Made by a program: the position numbers and the translations under genes
Notes under the pieces: model-generated
The model's database searches: none
What the model was told of the DNA's origin: nothing
Seen by the model: the letters and a program-made list of their open reading frames with translations, nothing else
Assembly (NCBI GenBank): GCA_038523235.1
Contig: JBCBJQ010000015.1
Span: 1 to 64,000 of the forward strand
Direction of reading: 5' to 3'
Source: Cyanobacteria bacterium J06626_4
GTDB taxonomy: Bacteria; Cyanobacteriota; Cyanobacteriia; Phormidesmidales; Phormidesmidaceae
Length of the DNA stretch: 64,000 nt
In this document: piece after piece, positions 1-9,640 of the stretch
How the letters are laid out: every line of letters begins with the position of its first letter
Position numbering within the stretch: the stretch's first letter is position 1

Positions 1-280
1 TTTATCAACACTCGCTCAACATAATCGTGATAACTATGCTAAACTAATGCCAATTTAATTCTTTGACAGGAACCTATTTGATATAAATCTGGCTTTCAAT
101 ATTTAACTGTCGAGGTTCTTCACTAGAAAGAAACAGAATCTCGCTACTTTCGCAGCGCCTATTTCCCTCCAGCGCTTTACTACTATAGACGCACCACACA
201 ACACTGTCAATATTAAAAGCAGGATTTATCTGGATGAGCCTGAAAGCCCCAACAGGTAAGGGGGCAGGGGAAGGGGAAGA

Positions 281-1459
281 TTAATTTGGATATGGATAGA
301 GGTTTTGGGTAAATGCTTCTAGTCTGTCCATACCTATATGAATGGCTTCTAAGCTGTTGGCGTAAGAGATGCGGATCGTTCCATCCTTACCGAAAGCTTT
401 GCCTGGGATAGTAGCAACGTATTTTTGCTGAAGCAACGCACCACAAAATTCGACGGAAGGCCAGCCTAAGTCTTGGATGCTGGCATATAGGTAGAAAGCG
501 CCATCGGGTTTGAGAGCACTCAGACCATCAATAGCGTTGACCCGGTCAAAGATGTAGTCTCTTCTTTTTTGAAATGCCGTTCGCATGTCTTCAACACAGA
601 CTTGGGAAGCTTGGAGAGCAGAGATCGCGCCATATTGAGCAAAAGTACATACGTTGGAGGTGCTTTGGCTCTGAAGAGTATTCATCGCAGCGATCACAGG
701 TTGGGGCGCAGCCAGATACCCAATCCGCCATCCTGTCATGGCATAGGCTTTCGCAAACCCATTGCTAATGATGGTGCGCTCAAAGATCTCTGGCCCAACA
801 GCTCCGATGCTGAGATGTTGAGCATCACCGTAGAGAATTTTTTCGTAGATTTCGTCAGAGACCACATAGATATCAGCAGCTACGACCACCTCAGCTAGGC
901 GGCGAATTTCCGTTGGTGCGTACACACTGCCCGTAGGATTGGAAGGTGAATTCAACACAAACAGCTTTGTCTTGGGAGTAATTGCTTGCTGTAGTTGCTC
1001 AGGCGTGAGCTTATATCCATTTTCTGCGGTCGTTTGCAAAATGACAGGCACCCCGCCCGCCAGCTTCACCATTTCGGGGTAGCTGACCCAATAGGGTGCT
1101 GGGATAATCACTTCATCACCAGGATTGAGACTCACCATCATGAGTTCATAAAGAGAGTGTTTCCCGCCATTCGTCACGATGATGTTTTCTGCTTGGTAAT
1201 CTAAGCCGTTCTCTTGTTGAAGTTTCTGAGCGATCGCCTCCCTCAGTGGCCATTCTCCAGCAGCTGGACCATAGCGAGTCTTACCGTCATTGAGGGCTCG
1301 TTTTGCGGCTTCTTTAATGTGATCAGGGGTTTCAAAATCAGGTTCCCCAGCGCTGAAACTGCAGACATCAATGCCCTCTGCCTTCATTGCTTTTGCTTTT
1401 GCTGAAATTGCGAGAGTCATTGAAGGACTGACTTGGGTAATTCTGTTGGCCAATTCCAT
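281..1459 (-). CDS. aspC: PLP-dependent class I/II aminotransferase (aspartate aminotransferase type)
   Basis: 392 aa; motifs [18 protein letters not shown] and [15 protein letters not shown] (PLP lysine). Confidence 0.9.
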   Translation of the reverse strand: MELANRITQVSPSMTLAISAKAKAMKAEGIDVCSFSAGEPDFETPDHIKEAAKRALNDGKTRYGPAAGEWPLREAIAQKLQQENGLDYQAENIIVTNGGKHSLYELMMVSLNPGDEVIIPAPYWVSYPEMVKLAGGVPVILQTTAENGYKLTPEQLQQAITPKTKLFVLNSPSNPTGSVYAPTEIRRLAEVVVAADIYVVSDEIYEKILYGDAQHLSIGAVGPEIFERTIISNGFAKAYAMTGWRIGYLAAPQPVIAAMNTLQSQSTSNVCTFAQYGAISALQASQVCVEDMRTAFQKRRDYIFDRVNAIDGLSALKPDGAFYLYASIQDLGWPSVEFCGALLQQKYVATIPGKAFGKDGTIRISYANSLEAIHIGMDRLEAFTQNLYPYPN

Positions 1460-1554
1460 ATCTAAAATTTGTAAAAGCGCCGAACGCGAAATCTTATTAG
1501 TCCTTAAGCTTATCTTGAATTTTGAGGTGCTGCTGCGGTTGTTGCTTGAGAGTT

Positions 1555-1578
1555 CATAACAAACTCAAGTTTGTTATG
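1555..1578. promoter_or_regulatory. Perfect inverted repeat (candidate operator) in the divergent aspC/HTH-gene intergenic region
   Basis: CATAACAAACT-CA-AGTTTGTTATG: 11-bp arms with a 2-nt spacer. Confidence 0.45.
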
Positions 1579-1887
1579 GCAGAGTAGAGACCGCATGACT
1601 CAAGAGACTTTGCAAACTACGTAGACGATTGCTGAGTTGTACTTGCACAAAGGTGACTCAGGCGTCAATGCAGATTAATATTTCCCGATAGATCTCTCAC
1701 GAATGCGTCATCATCTGCCGGGTGCCCCTCTGCGAAAAGCAGCCGGCTGGCATCATTGAGGCACCCAAGGGGACAGCAATCTGATTGCTTGGTAGACATC
1801 AGGGTAGTCAAGAGGAGGTTTTTCGTGAACGACTGCGGGGCAGTAATATAGATAAGCAATTACGAAATAGGCGCGACGTATCCCCGC

Positions 1888-2868
1888 ATGGCACCTCGTA
1901 AACTTTCAGATTCGGACAAGCAACAAATCGCCGCAATTTACTGCCAGCCGGGAGAAACAACTTCAACTTTGGCAAATAAGTTTGGCGTTAGCAGCAGTAC
2001 GGTCAGTCGCGTATTGAAGCAGCTGCTATCGGAGAAGGACTATAGCCAATTAATGAAGTGGAAGCGAGGGGGCGAGCGGGGAAAGTTTACGCTTGCTGAC
2101 CAGTTAGCCATCGCTACTAGCGCAAACACAGATACCGCTGGTGGTGACAGTGCAGCAAAACTAGAGCCGGATGCTGAATCGAACGAACCTCAAACCGTAG
2201 CTCCCAAGCAAGCAGCTGACGAGCCTCAAGTTGAGCCAGCCTCAGAGGATGAGTCCAGCCCAGATCCTGAGGAATCCATTGCGGAAGGCGATATCACGAC
2301 TGGAACCGAAGCTCTGGAAGATGCCGCTAGCAGCGCTGCTAGCACTACTAGCGATTCCAAGAAGCTGATTAAAAGAGCAGATCGCGTCCCAGAAATGGCT
2401 AGCAGTGATGCGGCTGCTTGGGTATCAGAGGATATCGATGAAACCTATGACGAAGACGCAGAAGACGAAGACGATTGGGACGACGAACCTGAGGATGACT
2501 GGGATGACGAGGCTGAGGAGCCTGCAGAACCTTTACCTCAGCCCGTTAGTCAAAAAGAACTTGACCTGTTGTCTTTTGCAGACCTAACGATTCAGAAGCC
2601 TTGTTACCTAGTAGTTGATCGTTTAGCAGAACTGATTACCTGTCCACTGAAAGATTTTTCAGAATTGGGGCTAATTCCGTCAGAAGAACAGCAGGCCAAA
2701 ACGTTACCGGTCTTTGACAACCATCGGGTAGCTCGGCGATTTGCTCGTCGCAACCAACGCATCATTAAAGTTCCCGATGGGGTCATGCTCAACAAGACTC
2801 AGGGGTACTTGCAAGCTAAGGGCATTACGCGCATTTTATTTGATGGCCAAGTGTATGCCCTCAGCTGA
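1888..2868 (+). CDS. Cyanobacterial HTH protein with a long acidic linker and a C-terminal domain of unknown function
   Basis: N-terminal HTH (ETTSTLANKFGVSSSTVSRVLK); D/E-rich middle; C-terminal LPVFDNHRVARRF domain; no DDE triad seen. Confidence 0.8.
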   Translation: MAPRKLSDSDKQQIAAIYCQPGETTSTLANKFGVSSSTVSRVLKQLLSEKDYSQLMKWKRGGERGKFTLADQLAIATSANTDTAGGDSAAKLEPDAESNEPQTVAPKQAADEPQVEPASEDESSPDPEESIAEGDITTGTEALEDAASSAASTTSDSKKLIKRADRVPEMASSDAAAWVSEDIDETYDEDAEDEDDWDDEPEDDWDDEAEEPAEPLPQPVSQKELDLLSFADLTIQKPCYLVVDRLAELITCPLKDFSELGLIPSEEQQAKTLPVFDNHRVARRFARRNQRIIKVPDGVMLNKTQGYLQAKGITRILFDGQVYALS

Positions 2869-3125
2869 GCTTGCGTGACGAATGCTCATCAGCACTTCAG
2901 AATCATGGGTCGAAATCAGCCGCCGGCTCAGCACTGACATGAGCCGGTAGAGCCGGACTTGTCATGCGCCTGCAGTCCTTCAAGTTTTCATCCTTGATTG
3001 TGGTGGCCATTTCTCACAACGGGTTCACACAAGAGTAAGGGTGCTCTCACCAAGGAACATCGCTTCGCCGACAGCACGCAATTGGTAGGATGAAATCACT
3101 GTAAAGCCCCCATGAGGAACGCACT

Positions 3126-3710
3126 ATGGTTATGGTTAGCTCGACTATGCTGGAGCTAGGCACATCCGCCCCTAACTTTGCGCTGCCGGATGTGATTTCA
3201 GGGGACACGGTGTCCCTAGAAACCTTTGCGGACAATCCAGTGCTTGTGATCATGTTCATCTGCGAGCATTGTCCTTTTGTGAAACATGTGCAGAATGAAC
3301 TCGCGCAACTGGGTTATGACTATCGTGCCAAGAACGTAGGGATTTTGGCCGTGAGTGCCAACAGCATTCAGACTCATCCCCAAGATGCCCCGGAACACTT
3401 GAAAGCAATGGCGATCGCGTTGGATTTCACTTTTCTTTATTGCTATGACGAAACGCAGGCAATGGCCAAGGCTTACACCGCCGCCTGCACACCAGACTTT
3501 TTTGTGTTTGATGGCGATCGCAAACTGGCTTATCGGGGTCAACTTGACGACAGTCGACCCGGTAACGGCATCCCTGTCACTGGTAAAGACCTTAGAGCGG
3601 CAATTGACACTCTGTTGTTAGGTCAACCTCTGAGTCCTGAGCAAACTCCTAGCATTGGCTGCAACATCAAGTGGACACCAGGCAACGAGCCGGCTTATTT
3701 TGGTGCCTAG
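3126..3710 (+). CDS. Thioredoxin-fold AhpC/TSA family protein
   Basis: APNFALPD, CEHC, AACTPDFFVFD, YRGQLDDSRP, PSIGCNIKW. Confidence 0.9.
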   Translation: MVMVSSTMLELGTSAPNFALPDVISGDTVSLETFADNPVLVIMFICEHCPFVKHVQNELAQLGYDYRAKNVGILAVSANSIQTHPQDAPEHLKAMAIALDFTFLYCYDETQAMAKAYTAACTPDFFVFDGDRKLAYRGQLDDSRPGNGIPVTGKDLRAAIDTLLLGQPLSPEQTPSIGCNIKWTPGNEPAYFGA

Positions 3711-3816
3711 CCGTTGATGGCATCAGTTCTGCGAGTGAGGTTGGTTGCCAATCGCTATTGTGCAGCCTTAGCGGTGCAGCCCTGACTCAACAAGATCTCG
3801 AATTTGAACCTGCAGC

Positions 3817-4326
3817 ATGATGTCGCGATCGCCGCAGCCAATTCCCCGCCATCCTTTAACCCTTTGTGCGAGTTTGGTGCAGAATCCGGTCAATCTCGGG
3901 GCGCTGTGCCGCACCGCCGAAGCTTTTAGGCTACAAGAGCTGGTGCTGCCATCTTGGCAATTACTAGAAGATCGAGAATTTCGCAAAGTCTCTGTCTCAG
4001 CTCATCGCTGGCAGCCGTTTGCCGTTTGCCACAGTCTGCAGCTTCCCGACTGGATTGCCGAGCAACAACAGCATGGCACGACCGTCCTGGCTCTAACGCG
4101 TCACCCCCAGGGCATCCCCATACCGACCTTCACTTTTCCGCGACAGACGGCGCTCTTGATCGGGCGCGAACTCACGGGCATTCCCCCATCACTGATCGAG
4201 CGTTGTGACGACGTTGTGACGATTCCCCAATGGGGACAGGTGGAATCTTTGAACGTGGGGGTGGCTGCCGCGATCGCGGCTTACGCTTATGTCGCTCAGC
4301 ATCCGCTTACATCTGCTGCGAGCTGA
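3817..4326 (+). CDS. SpoU/TrmH family RNA methyltransferase
   Basis: NPVNLGALCRTAEAF, LLIGRELTGI, IPQWGQVESLNV (SPOUT motifs). Confidence 0.85.
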   Translation: MMSRSPQPIPRHPLTLCASLVQNPVNLGALCRTAEAFRLQELVLPSWQLLEDREFRKVSVSAHRWQPFAVCHSLQLPDWIAEQQQHGTTVLALTRHPQGIPIPTFTFPRQTALLIGRELTGIPPSLIERCDDVVTIPQWGQVESLNVGVAAAIAAYAYVAQHPLTSAAS

Positions 4327-4332
4327 TGCTGC

Positions 4333-6147
4333 TTAGGTCTCGTCTCTGTGCCGTTGTCGAAACCGGATATCTTGCCAAGTACTGCCGACACCCTTGACAA
4401 TACCCCGGCCAATCAAACCAATGCCCCGCCCGATGACCTCGGTCAATACAAAAACCACGCTACTGCCTGCCAGAGACAAGGTCGATCGCAGTCGGGGGGC
4501 GATCGCATCCCGCGCTTCTAGGGCTAAGGTCATGGCATACTGCAAACCTGACAGTGAGTCTAGCTCATCGCGACGAGGCGCATACACCGTATGGGTTTGA
4601 ATGCCCGCCGGCGTTAAGGCAAACAACCGATATTCACTCTCAAAAATGGCTTTTGGATTATTGACCAACGTATCCCACCGATAACGCCATGACAAATCAT
4701 TGCGAAATCGGGTGATGTCACGGGTCGACATCATGCGTCGCTGATACAAGTTGCGCTTCAGAGACTCCACATCAGGGTAACGGTTCAACACGGGTTGCAT
4801 CACTGCACAGGCCAGTTCGATCAACAAATTCTCGAGCAGAAATTGACTGCGACGGAGCGCTTCCGGCGTCGTCGCCATGTACGATGCTCCCTCAATATCC
4901 ATCGGTGATTGAAAGAGCACATGGGCAAGTAACATCGTCACATCGGGAATACGACTCAAGATTTCGGTCTGTACAATCGCGCTATCTTGCTGCAGCACAG
5001 TGACCAACGGCTGCTCAAAATCTTCGACCGCCGGGGTATAGTAGCGGCCAAAGAAATCGACCGTCACCGTTTGCCAGAGATCTTGGAGAAAGACAGCCTG
5101 TTTATCTTCTAGCTGGCCAGGTAGAATCTGCGCTTGCTGCAAGTCATCGAGCAGAGACTCAAACGCGCGCAAAGTCGTGTACAGAAGTTCTCGAGATTTA
5201 TCGGCGCGTAAAATATCGATCTCTAGAGGAATGCTGCTTTGATTCTCTAGGGAAAACTGCAGTTTGCAAAAAACGGCTTCGCAGACCCGCGTACGAATAT
5301 CGCCCACAGCCACCGGTAGGGGAGAGCCGCTGGGCACCAGTTCGCCGCCGTCCAGTCTCAGTGCAGCCACCGTAGATCGAGGCTCGGGCGTAAGCCCTGC
5401 CTGCACATCTGTATTCTCAGTCGATATATCTCGGGTCAGCGGCGAACTCGTGGCAGAGGCTGACGACTCCGCTACCGGCAAAATGCGCTGCACCAACCAT
5501 TTAGCAGCTCGTAATTCGCGATATTTACCAGCCAGCACTAAGCGATACCAATAGGGCAACCGGCGAGTCGCTAACTGCTCAATTTCGGCCATAGCCGCCT
5601 CAATCTGTTCAACAGACGTGCGGTTGAGAAAGGCGATCGGCCCTTCTATCGGCTGAGGCAGAACCACATCTGCAGCAATATCAGCCAGATTCTCACGCTG
5701 CTGCGCCGCATGTTGAATCAAGCGAGCCAGACCACGGACGGGTAGACCACGTTGGCCAAAGCCATCAGCGCCCATTTGTTGCGCAGCAGCACGCAAAACA
5801 GGAGCTGTTTGAGCACTCAAAATTAAGACGGCTAGGTGCGGAAAGCGTTGTTTGATGACACGGCAGAGCTGTAATCCTGGCAGTTCTGCAGGATTCTTTT
5901 GACCCAGCCCTAAATCAATGATGACCAAACTGACAGCGGGGACCACATCAAGCGTCGCAGCATCAGTGGCGCTGGCAGTCGCCGACGCCTGCACATCATC
6001 CAAGGCCGTCAACGCCATTTCACTATTCGCAGCTTCACCCACTACCCGAAATTCTGGGCGCTGTTCCAACCAGATGCGGAGTCCCAGCCGAAACACTGGA
6101 TCTTCATCCACTAAAAATAGGGTGAGGGGAGAAGCCGTCATAGCCAT
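4333..6147 (-). CDS. ycf55: Ycf55-like protein (receiver domain plus DUF3685)
   Basis: N-terminal receiver (LFLVDEDPVFRLGL); C-terminal STRDITRFRNDLSW, PKAIFES, LEARDAIAPRL, IGRGIGLIGRGI. Confidence 0.85.
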   Translation of the reverse strand: MAMTASPLTLFLVDEDPVFRLGLRIWLEQRPEFRVVGEAANSEMALTALDDVQASATASATDAATLDVVPAVSLVIIDLGLGQKNPAELPGLQLCRVIKQRFPHLAVLILSAQTAPVLRAAAQQMGADGFGQRGLPVRGLARLIQHAAQQRENLADIAADVVLPQPIEGPIAFLNRTSVEQIEAAMAEIEQLATRRLPYWYRLVLAGKYRELRAAKWLVQRILPVAESSASATSSPLTRDISTENTDVQAGLTPEPRSTVAALRLDGGELVPSGSPLPVAVGDIRTRVCEAVFCKLQFSLENQSSIPLEIDILRADKSRELLYTTLRAFESLLDDLQQAQILPGQLEDKQAVFLQDLWQTVTVDFFGRYYTPAVEDFEQPLVTVLQQDSAIVQTEILSRIPDVTMLLAHVLFQSPMDIEGASYMATTPEALRRSQFLLENLLIELACAVMQPVLNRYPDVESLKRNLYQRRMMSTRDITRFRNDLSWRYRWDTLVNNPKAIFESEYRLFALTPAGIQTHTVYAPRRDELDSLSGLQYAMTLALEARDAIAPRLRSTLSLAGSSVVFVLTEVIGRGIGLIGRGIVKGVGSTWQDIRFRQRHRDET

Positions 6148-6150
6148 GCT

Positions 6151-8004
6151 TTAGAAGGGATTATCAGAATTGGGCGGCGGGGGTTGACTCGCGGGCTCAG
6201 ACCCAGGGGAATCATTCTCGGGGTCTGAGCCATTGCTATCTTCACTTTCCGCTGCGGCTTCTTCGGCTTCTAACTTCCAGATGTAGGCTCTCTCAGCTTC
6301 CCACAGATCGATAGCATTCCGCGCCTCACCATATAGCGCCCGGCCCGGCCCGATTTGAGCAGCTAGATTGATGGCCTGAGTCAAAGACCCTTCATAAGCC
6401 AGCGATTTTGCTTGCTCTAAGAGCGGGCTGTCTTCTTCAATTTGGAGCGTGCGTGTCCAGTCTTGAACCATGGCTTGAGCTTGCTCATAGAGCGCCCGAT
6501 CGTCTTGGATTTCTTCGGCTTTAGCGATCGCCTCACGTAGCTGATCATCCGTGGCCAGCTGATTAGCTTCATTGAGGATCGGCTGATCTTGAATGACCTC
6601 AATCCGATCTAACCAGGCCGCAATATCGGTCTGGGCGTTAAGGCGTAGAGCCCGCCCCAGAGCCACATTTCTAGCTTCGGTGATTGCCGCTTGCAGGGCG
6701 GGAATCGTGCCCTTACGCGCCAAGGCGTTGGCCCGTATCAAGAAAGGGCGATCTTCAATACGTTCAACTTCATCTTCCCAATGGGCAATGAGGGTCTGCG
6801 CCTGCAAACGACGCGGACGTTCGAGGTCAACCGTCCAAGCTAGCTGAGTCGCATAATCATAGGTCCAGCCCTGGCGCAGACTCGCCACATTGCTGGCAAA
6901 CTTCAGCGTGCGCAGGTCTTCTAACTCCGCCCGCCAAGTCTGTATCGATTGTCGAGCTGTTTGGTAGAAGGTGCTATCTGCCGGAATTTTTTCGGCAGCG
7001 CGAATCGCTTCCATTAGCTGAAACAGCTGCAAATAACCGGGCGTCTCTTGCTGAGCCTGATCAGCCAGCCGGTTGGCGTGGCTATATTGAATTAGATCTT
7101 GAGCCTCAGGCGCTAACTTCGGGTCAGGCGGCACCTTTTGCACTGCCGCGATCGCGCCTTTCACGTCCCCGAGCTCCCAACGCTGAAAGCTGTACAACAG
7201 AAGATTTTGGCTCCAGCGGTCAATATCTTCTTGCGCTTCGTTCCAGGCTTGGCTGGTCAAATTAATGCGTTGGGCAATGACCAAAGCCTGACCAATATTT
7301 TCAGGCTCCCCCGTATTCGCTAGCCCGCGGGCCTGTTCAATTTGTGTCCAGGCCGTTGCCTCCCGCTGCTTGGCCTGCAGCAATTCACCATGGCGTTGCC
7401 CTAACCAATAATCACTCGACAATAGCTTTAGCTGCTGCAGACCGTTATCAGCAGCGGCCCAATCGCGAGCCGCGATCGCCTGTTCGATGGAGTTCTCAAT
7501 TTCTTGCCCTTGTTTCCACTCCTGTCGCCAGTTCCAAATCTCCGCTTGGGCCTGCTCCCGTAGCGGCGTATTCAGCGGAATCTGACCAGCCCAGTCGGCC
7601 GCAGTAGTCAGGTCGCCCTCGTGCATCTTTTCAGTCGCCTTCTTAAACAACCGTTCCGAAGATTCCACTAATACCGGATGGGTTTCGACATAGAACGGAT
7701 GGGTTTCCGAGAAATTAGCGGTTAGCTGTACCGCCTGAATGAGATTTTTAGCACTTCCAGCCCGCAGAGCTGTTTGGGCACACAGCAAGCGATCGCCATC
7801 GGCACTGGTCGCCGTCACATCATCGCAATTGGGCAGGGGTGGAATGCGCGTCAGCCAGGCCATCGCCCACAATCCCATCACCCCCGACCCCACCATCAGA
7901 GCGCTCCAAAATAGCGGCCAAAACCACCCCAGCGGCAGTCGTAGCTTGACATGAGGTTGCCCAGTCAGAGGAGTTGATTTGAGCGGGGCAGAAGATCGGG
8001 CCAT
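6151..8004 (-). CDS. Membrane-anchored alpha-helical repeat protein of unknown function
   Basis: 617 aa; N-terminal TM helix followed by PPLPNC...C; repeated 'AI..A..I....LY..AQ..I..W' helical units. Confidence 0.8.
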   Translation of the reverse strand: MARSSAPLKSTPLTGQPHVKLRLPLGWFWPLFWSALMVGSGVMGLWAMAWLTRIPPLPNCDDVTATSADGDRLLCAQTALRAGSAKNLIQAVQLTANFSETHPFYVETHPVLVESSERLFKKATEKMHEGDLTTAADWAGQIPLNTPLREQAQAEIWNWRQEWKQGQEIENSIEQAIAARDWAAADNGLQQLKLLSSDYWLGQRHGELLQAKQREATAWTQIEQARGLANTGEPENIGQALVIAQRINLTSQAWNEAQEDIDRWSQNLLLYSFQRWELGDVKGAIAAVQKVPPDPKLAPEAQDLIQYSHANRLADQAQQETPGYLQLFQLMEAIRAAEKIPADSTFYQTARQSIQTWRAELEDLRTLKFASNVASLRQGWTYDYATQLAWTVDLERPRRLQAQTLIAHWEDEVERIEDRPFLIRANALARKGTIPALQAAITEARNVALGRALRLNAQTDIAAWLDRIEVIQDQPILNEANQLATDDQLREAIAKAEEIQDDRALYEQAQAMVQDWTRTLQIEEDSPLLEQAKSLAYEGSLTQAINLAAQIGPGRALYGEARNAIDLWEAERAYIWKLEAEEAAAESEDSNGSDPENDSPGSEPASQPPPPNSDNPF

Positions 8005-8432
8005 AGAGTCGCGAAGTAACCAGCAAATGCTAAGTAGGACAAACGCACTGACTGTAGTTTAAGCATCTATCTAGAGGTTGGTCGGTTGAATTTCTCACAA
8101 ACCAACGAACCCTAGCTCAAAAACTGATCAGGAGCCAGACACAGCGCTGCCATCGAAGCGGAAATGTGCTGATATTGTAGGAGGAAATCCAGGAGTTGAG
8201 CGGATTGTTACGGTAAAGTCTCTGACGGGCCTGACCGGTTGCCAGCATCACCAGTTTGCCTGAGGTTCTAGCTCATCGTTCGGGGGACAGACGGGGTCAT
8301 GCATCGTTACACCCCATCCCTATGCGCTGCACACAGGGACCTACCCGCCGCTCAATTTAATGCGAAAATCCATGAACAGCGAGTTCATTCATCGATTGAG
8401 TGCGATCGCTATTGGCTAAGGAATCAAGAGCT

Positions 8433-9200
8433 ATGACTAGGCAAAGATTAGGAGCCGCGATCGCGGCGATCGCGATCGGTCAAGGAATTTGGGGATGGAG
8501 TGGCAGCCTCCCAGGCTGGGCCGAGAGTTTGAGTGACTTTCAATATTTTTTGATCTCGCAGGAATGCAACGGTTGTGATCTGCAGGGCTCAGTGTTGACC
8601 GGCATGTCTTTAGCCGGTGTTGCTTTAGAACGCGCTAACCTGCAGGACGCCGATCTAAGCGATACCGTCTTGAGCAATGGGGTGCTGCGAGCCGCTGACT
8701 TGACCGGCGCCAATTTGCAACGAGCCTCACTCACCCGTACCGACTTGACCCAAGCCACACTCCAAAACAGCCAGCTCAGCGAGTCGAGTCTGGCCCATGC
8801 TGACCTGAGTGAAGCCAATTTACAGGGGGCTGATCTCACTGGGGCGATCGCCCACGAAGCGCTCTTTGTCGAAGCGACTCTTGCGGGTGCAAACCTCACT
8901 GATATCTCTTTAGTAGAAGCTAACTTAGGCCGAGCTAACCTGACTAACGCCACCTTGCAACGGGCCAACTTGAGCTACGCCTATATGACTCAAAGTAACC
9001 TGAGCAACACTGACCTGACCGCCGCCAACTTTACAGGAGCACGCCTGATTAGAGCTCAGCTTGACGGCGCCGATCTGACCGATGCCATCTTACGCGACGC
9101 GAGAATCGGCCGGGCAACCTTTACCAACACCATTTTTTGCCGTACCACCATGCCGGATGGCAGTCAAAACGACCAAGGTTGTTCCGAGTCATCTCTGTAA
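8433..9200 (+). CDS. Exported pentapeptide-repeat protein
   Basis: Signal-like N-terminus, CNGCDL cap, many A(D/N)Lxx repeats, C-terminal CRTTMPDG; ATG 8433 preferred over GTG 8400. Confidence 0.9.
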   Translation: MTRQRLGAAIAAIAIGQGIWGWSGSLPGWAESLSDFQYFLISQECNGCDLQGSVLTGMSLAGVALERANLQDADLSDTVLSNGVLRAADLTGANLQRASLTRTDLTQATLQNSQLSESSLAHADLSEANLQGADLTGAIAHEALFVEATLAGANLTDISLVEANLGRANLTNATLQRANLSYAYMTQSNLSNTDLTAANFTGARLIRAQLDGADLTDAILRDARIGRATFTNTIFCRTTMPDGSQNDQGCSESSL

Positions 9201-9640
9201 TCGAGGCGTTTTACCCCACGGTGCCCCATATTGGGTCGTGCTGAGACGAGCCATCGGCCGCAGTTCAAGCTTTTATAGTTCCCTTGAACTGTTTTACGGC
9301 TTTCTCACCAAGATTAACTATGAAGAAAAGCCCAGAGCCAATTTCTGTGAGCCGCATGCTTGCGTGCTCAATCTCGGATGTGTCAGTTGGCAGTACGAAC
9401 TATCAGTTATGGCCATTTCCTGTATCGGAAAAAGGTCCCTGTGCCCAACCTGACATGTCATTTTTCAATGAGAGAGAACAAATATATAGACGTTTCCCAG
9501 TCCTCTTCAAAATTCATGATTGCGCTCTGCCATCGGCCAGCCTCGGTCGTTCAATAGCCTCAAAAACATCCTATATTTAAGTATCTTCGATTGTATTTAC
9601 CGTGCTTTCTTGAGTTCTGGAGTCCTGCAGGCTGTCACAT

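Noticed and set aside
1888..2868. Possible transposase or IS element, suggested by the HTH type
   Set aside because: No DDE or HUH motif, terminal inverted repeats or target-site duplication
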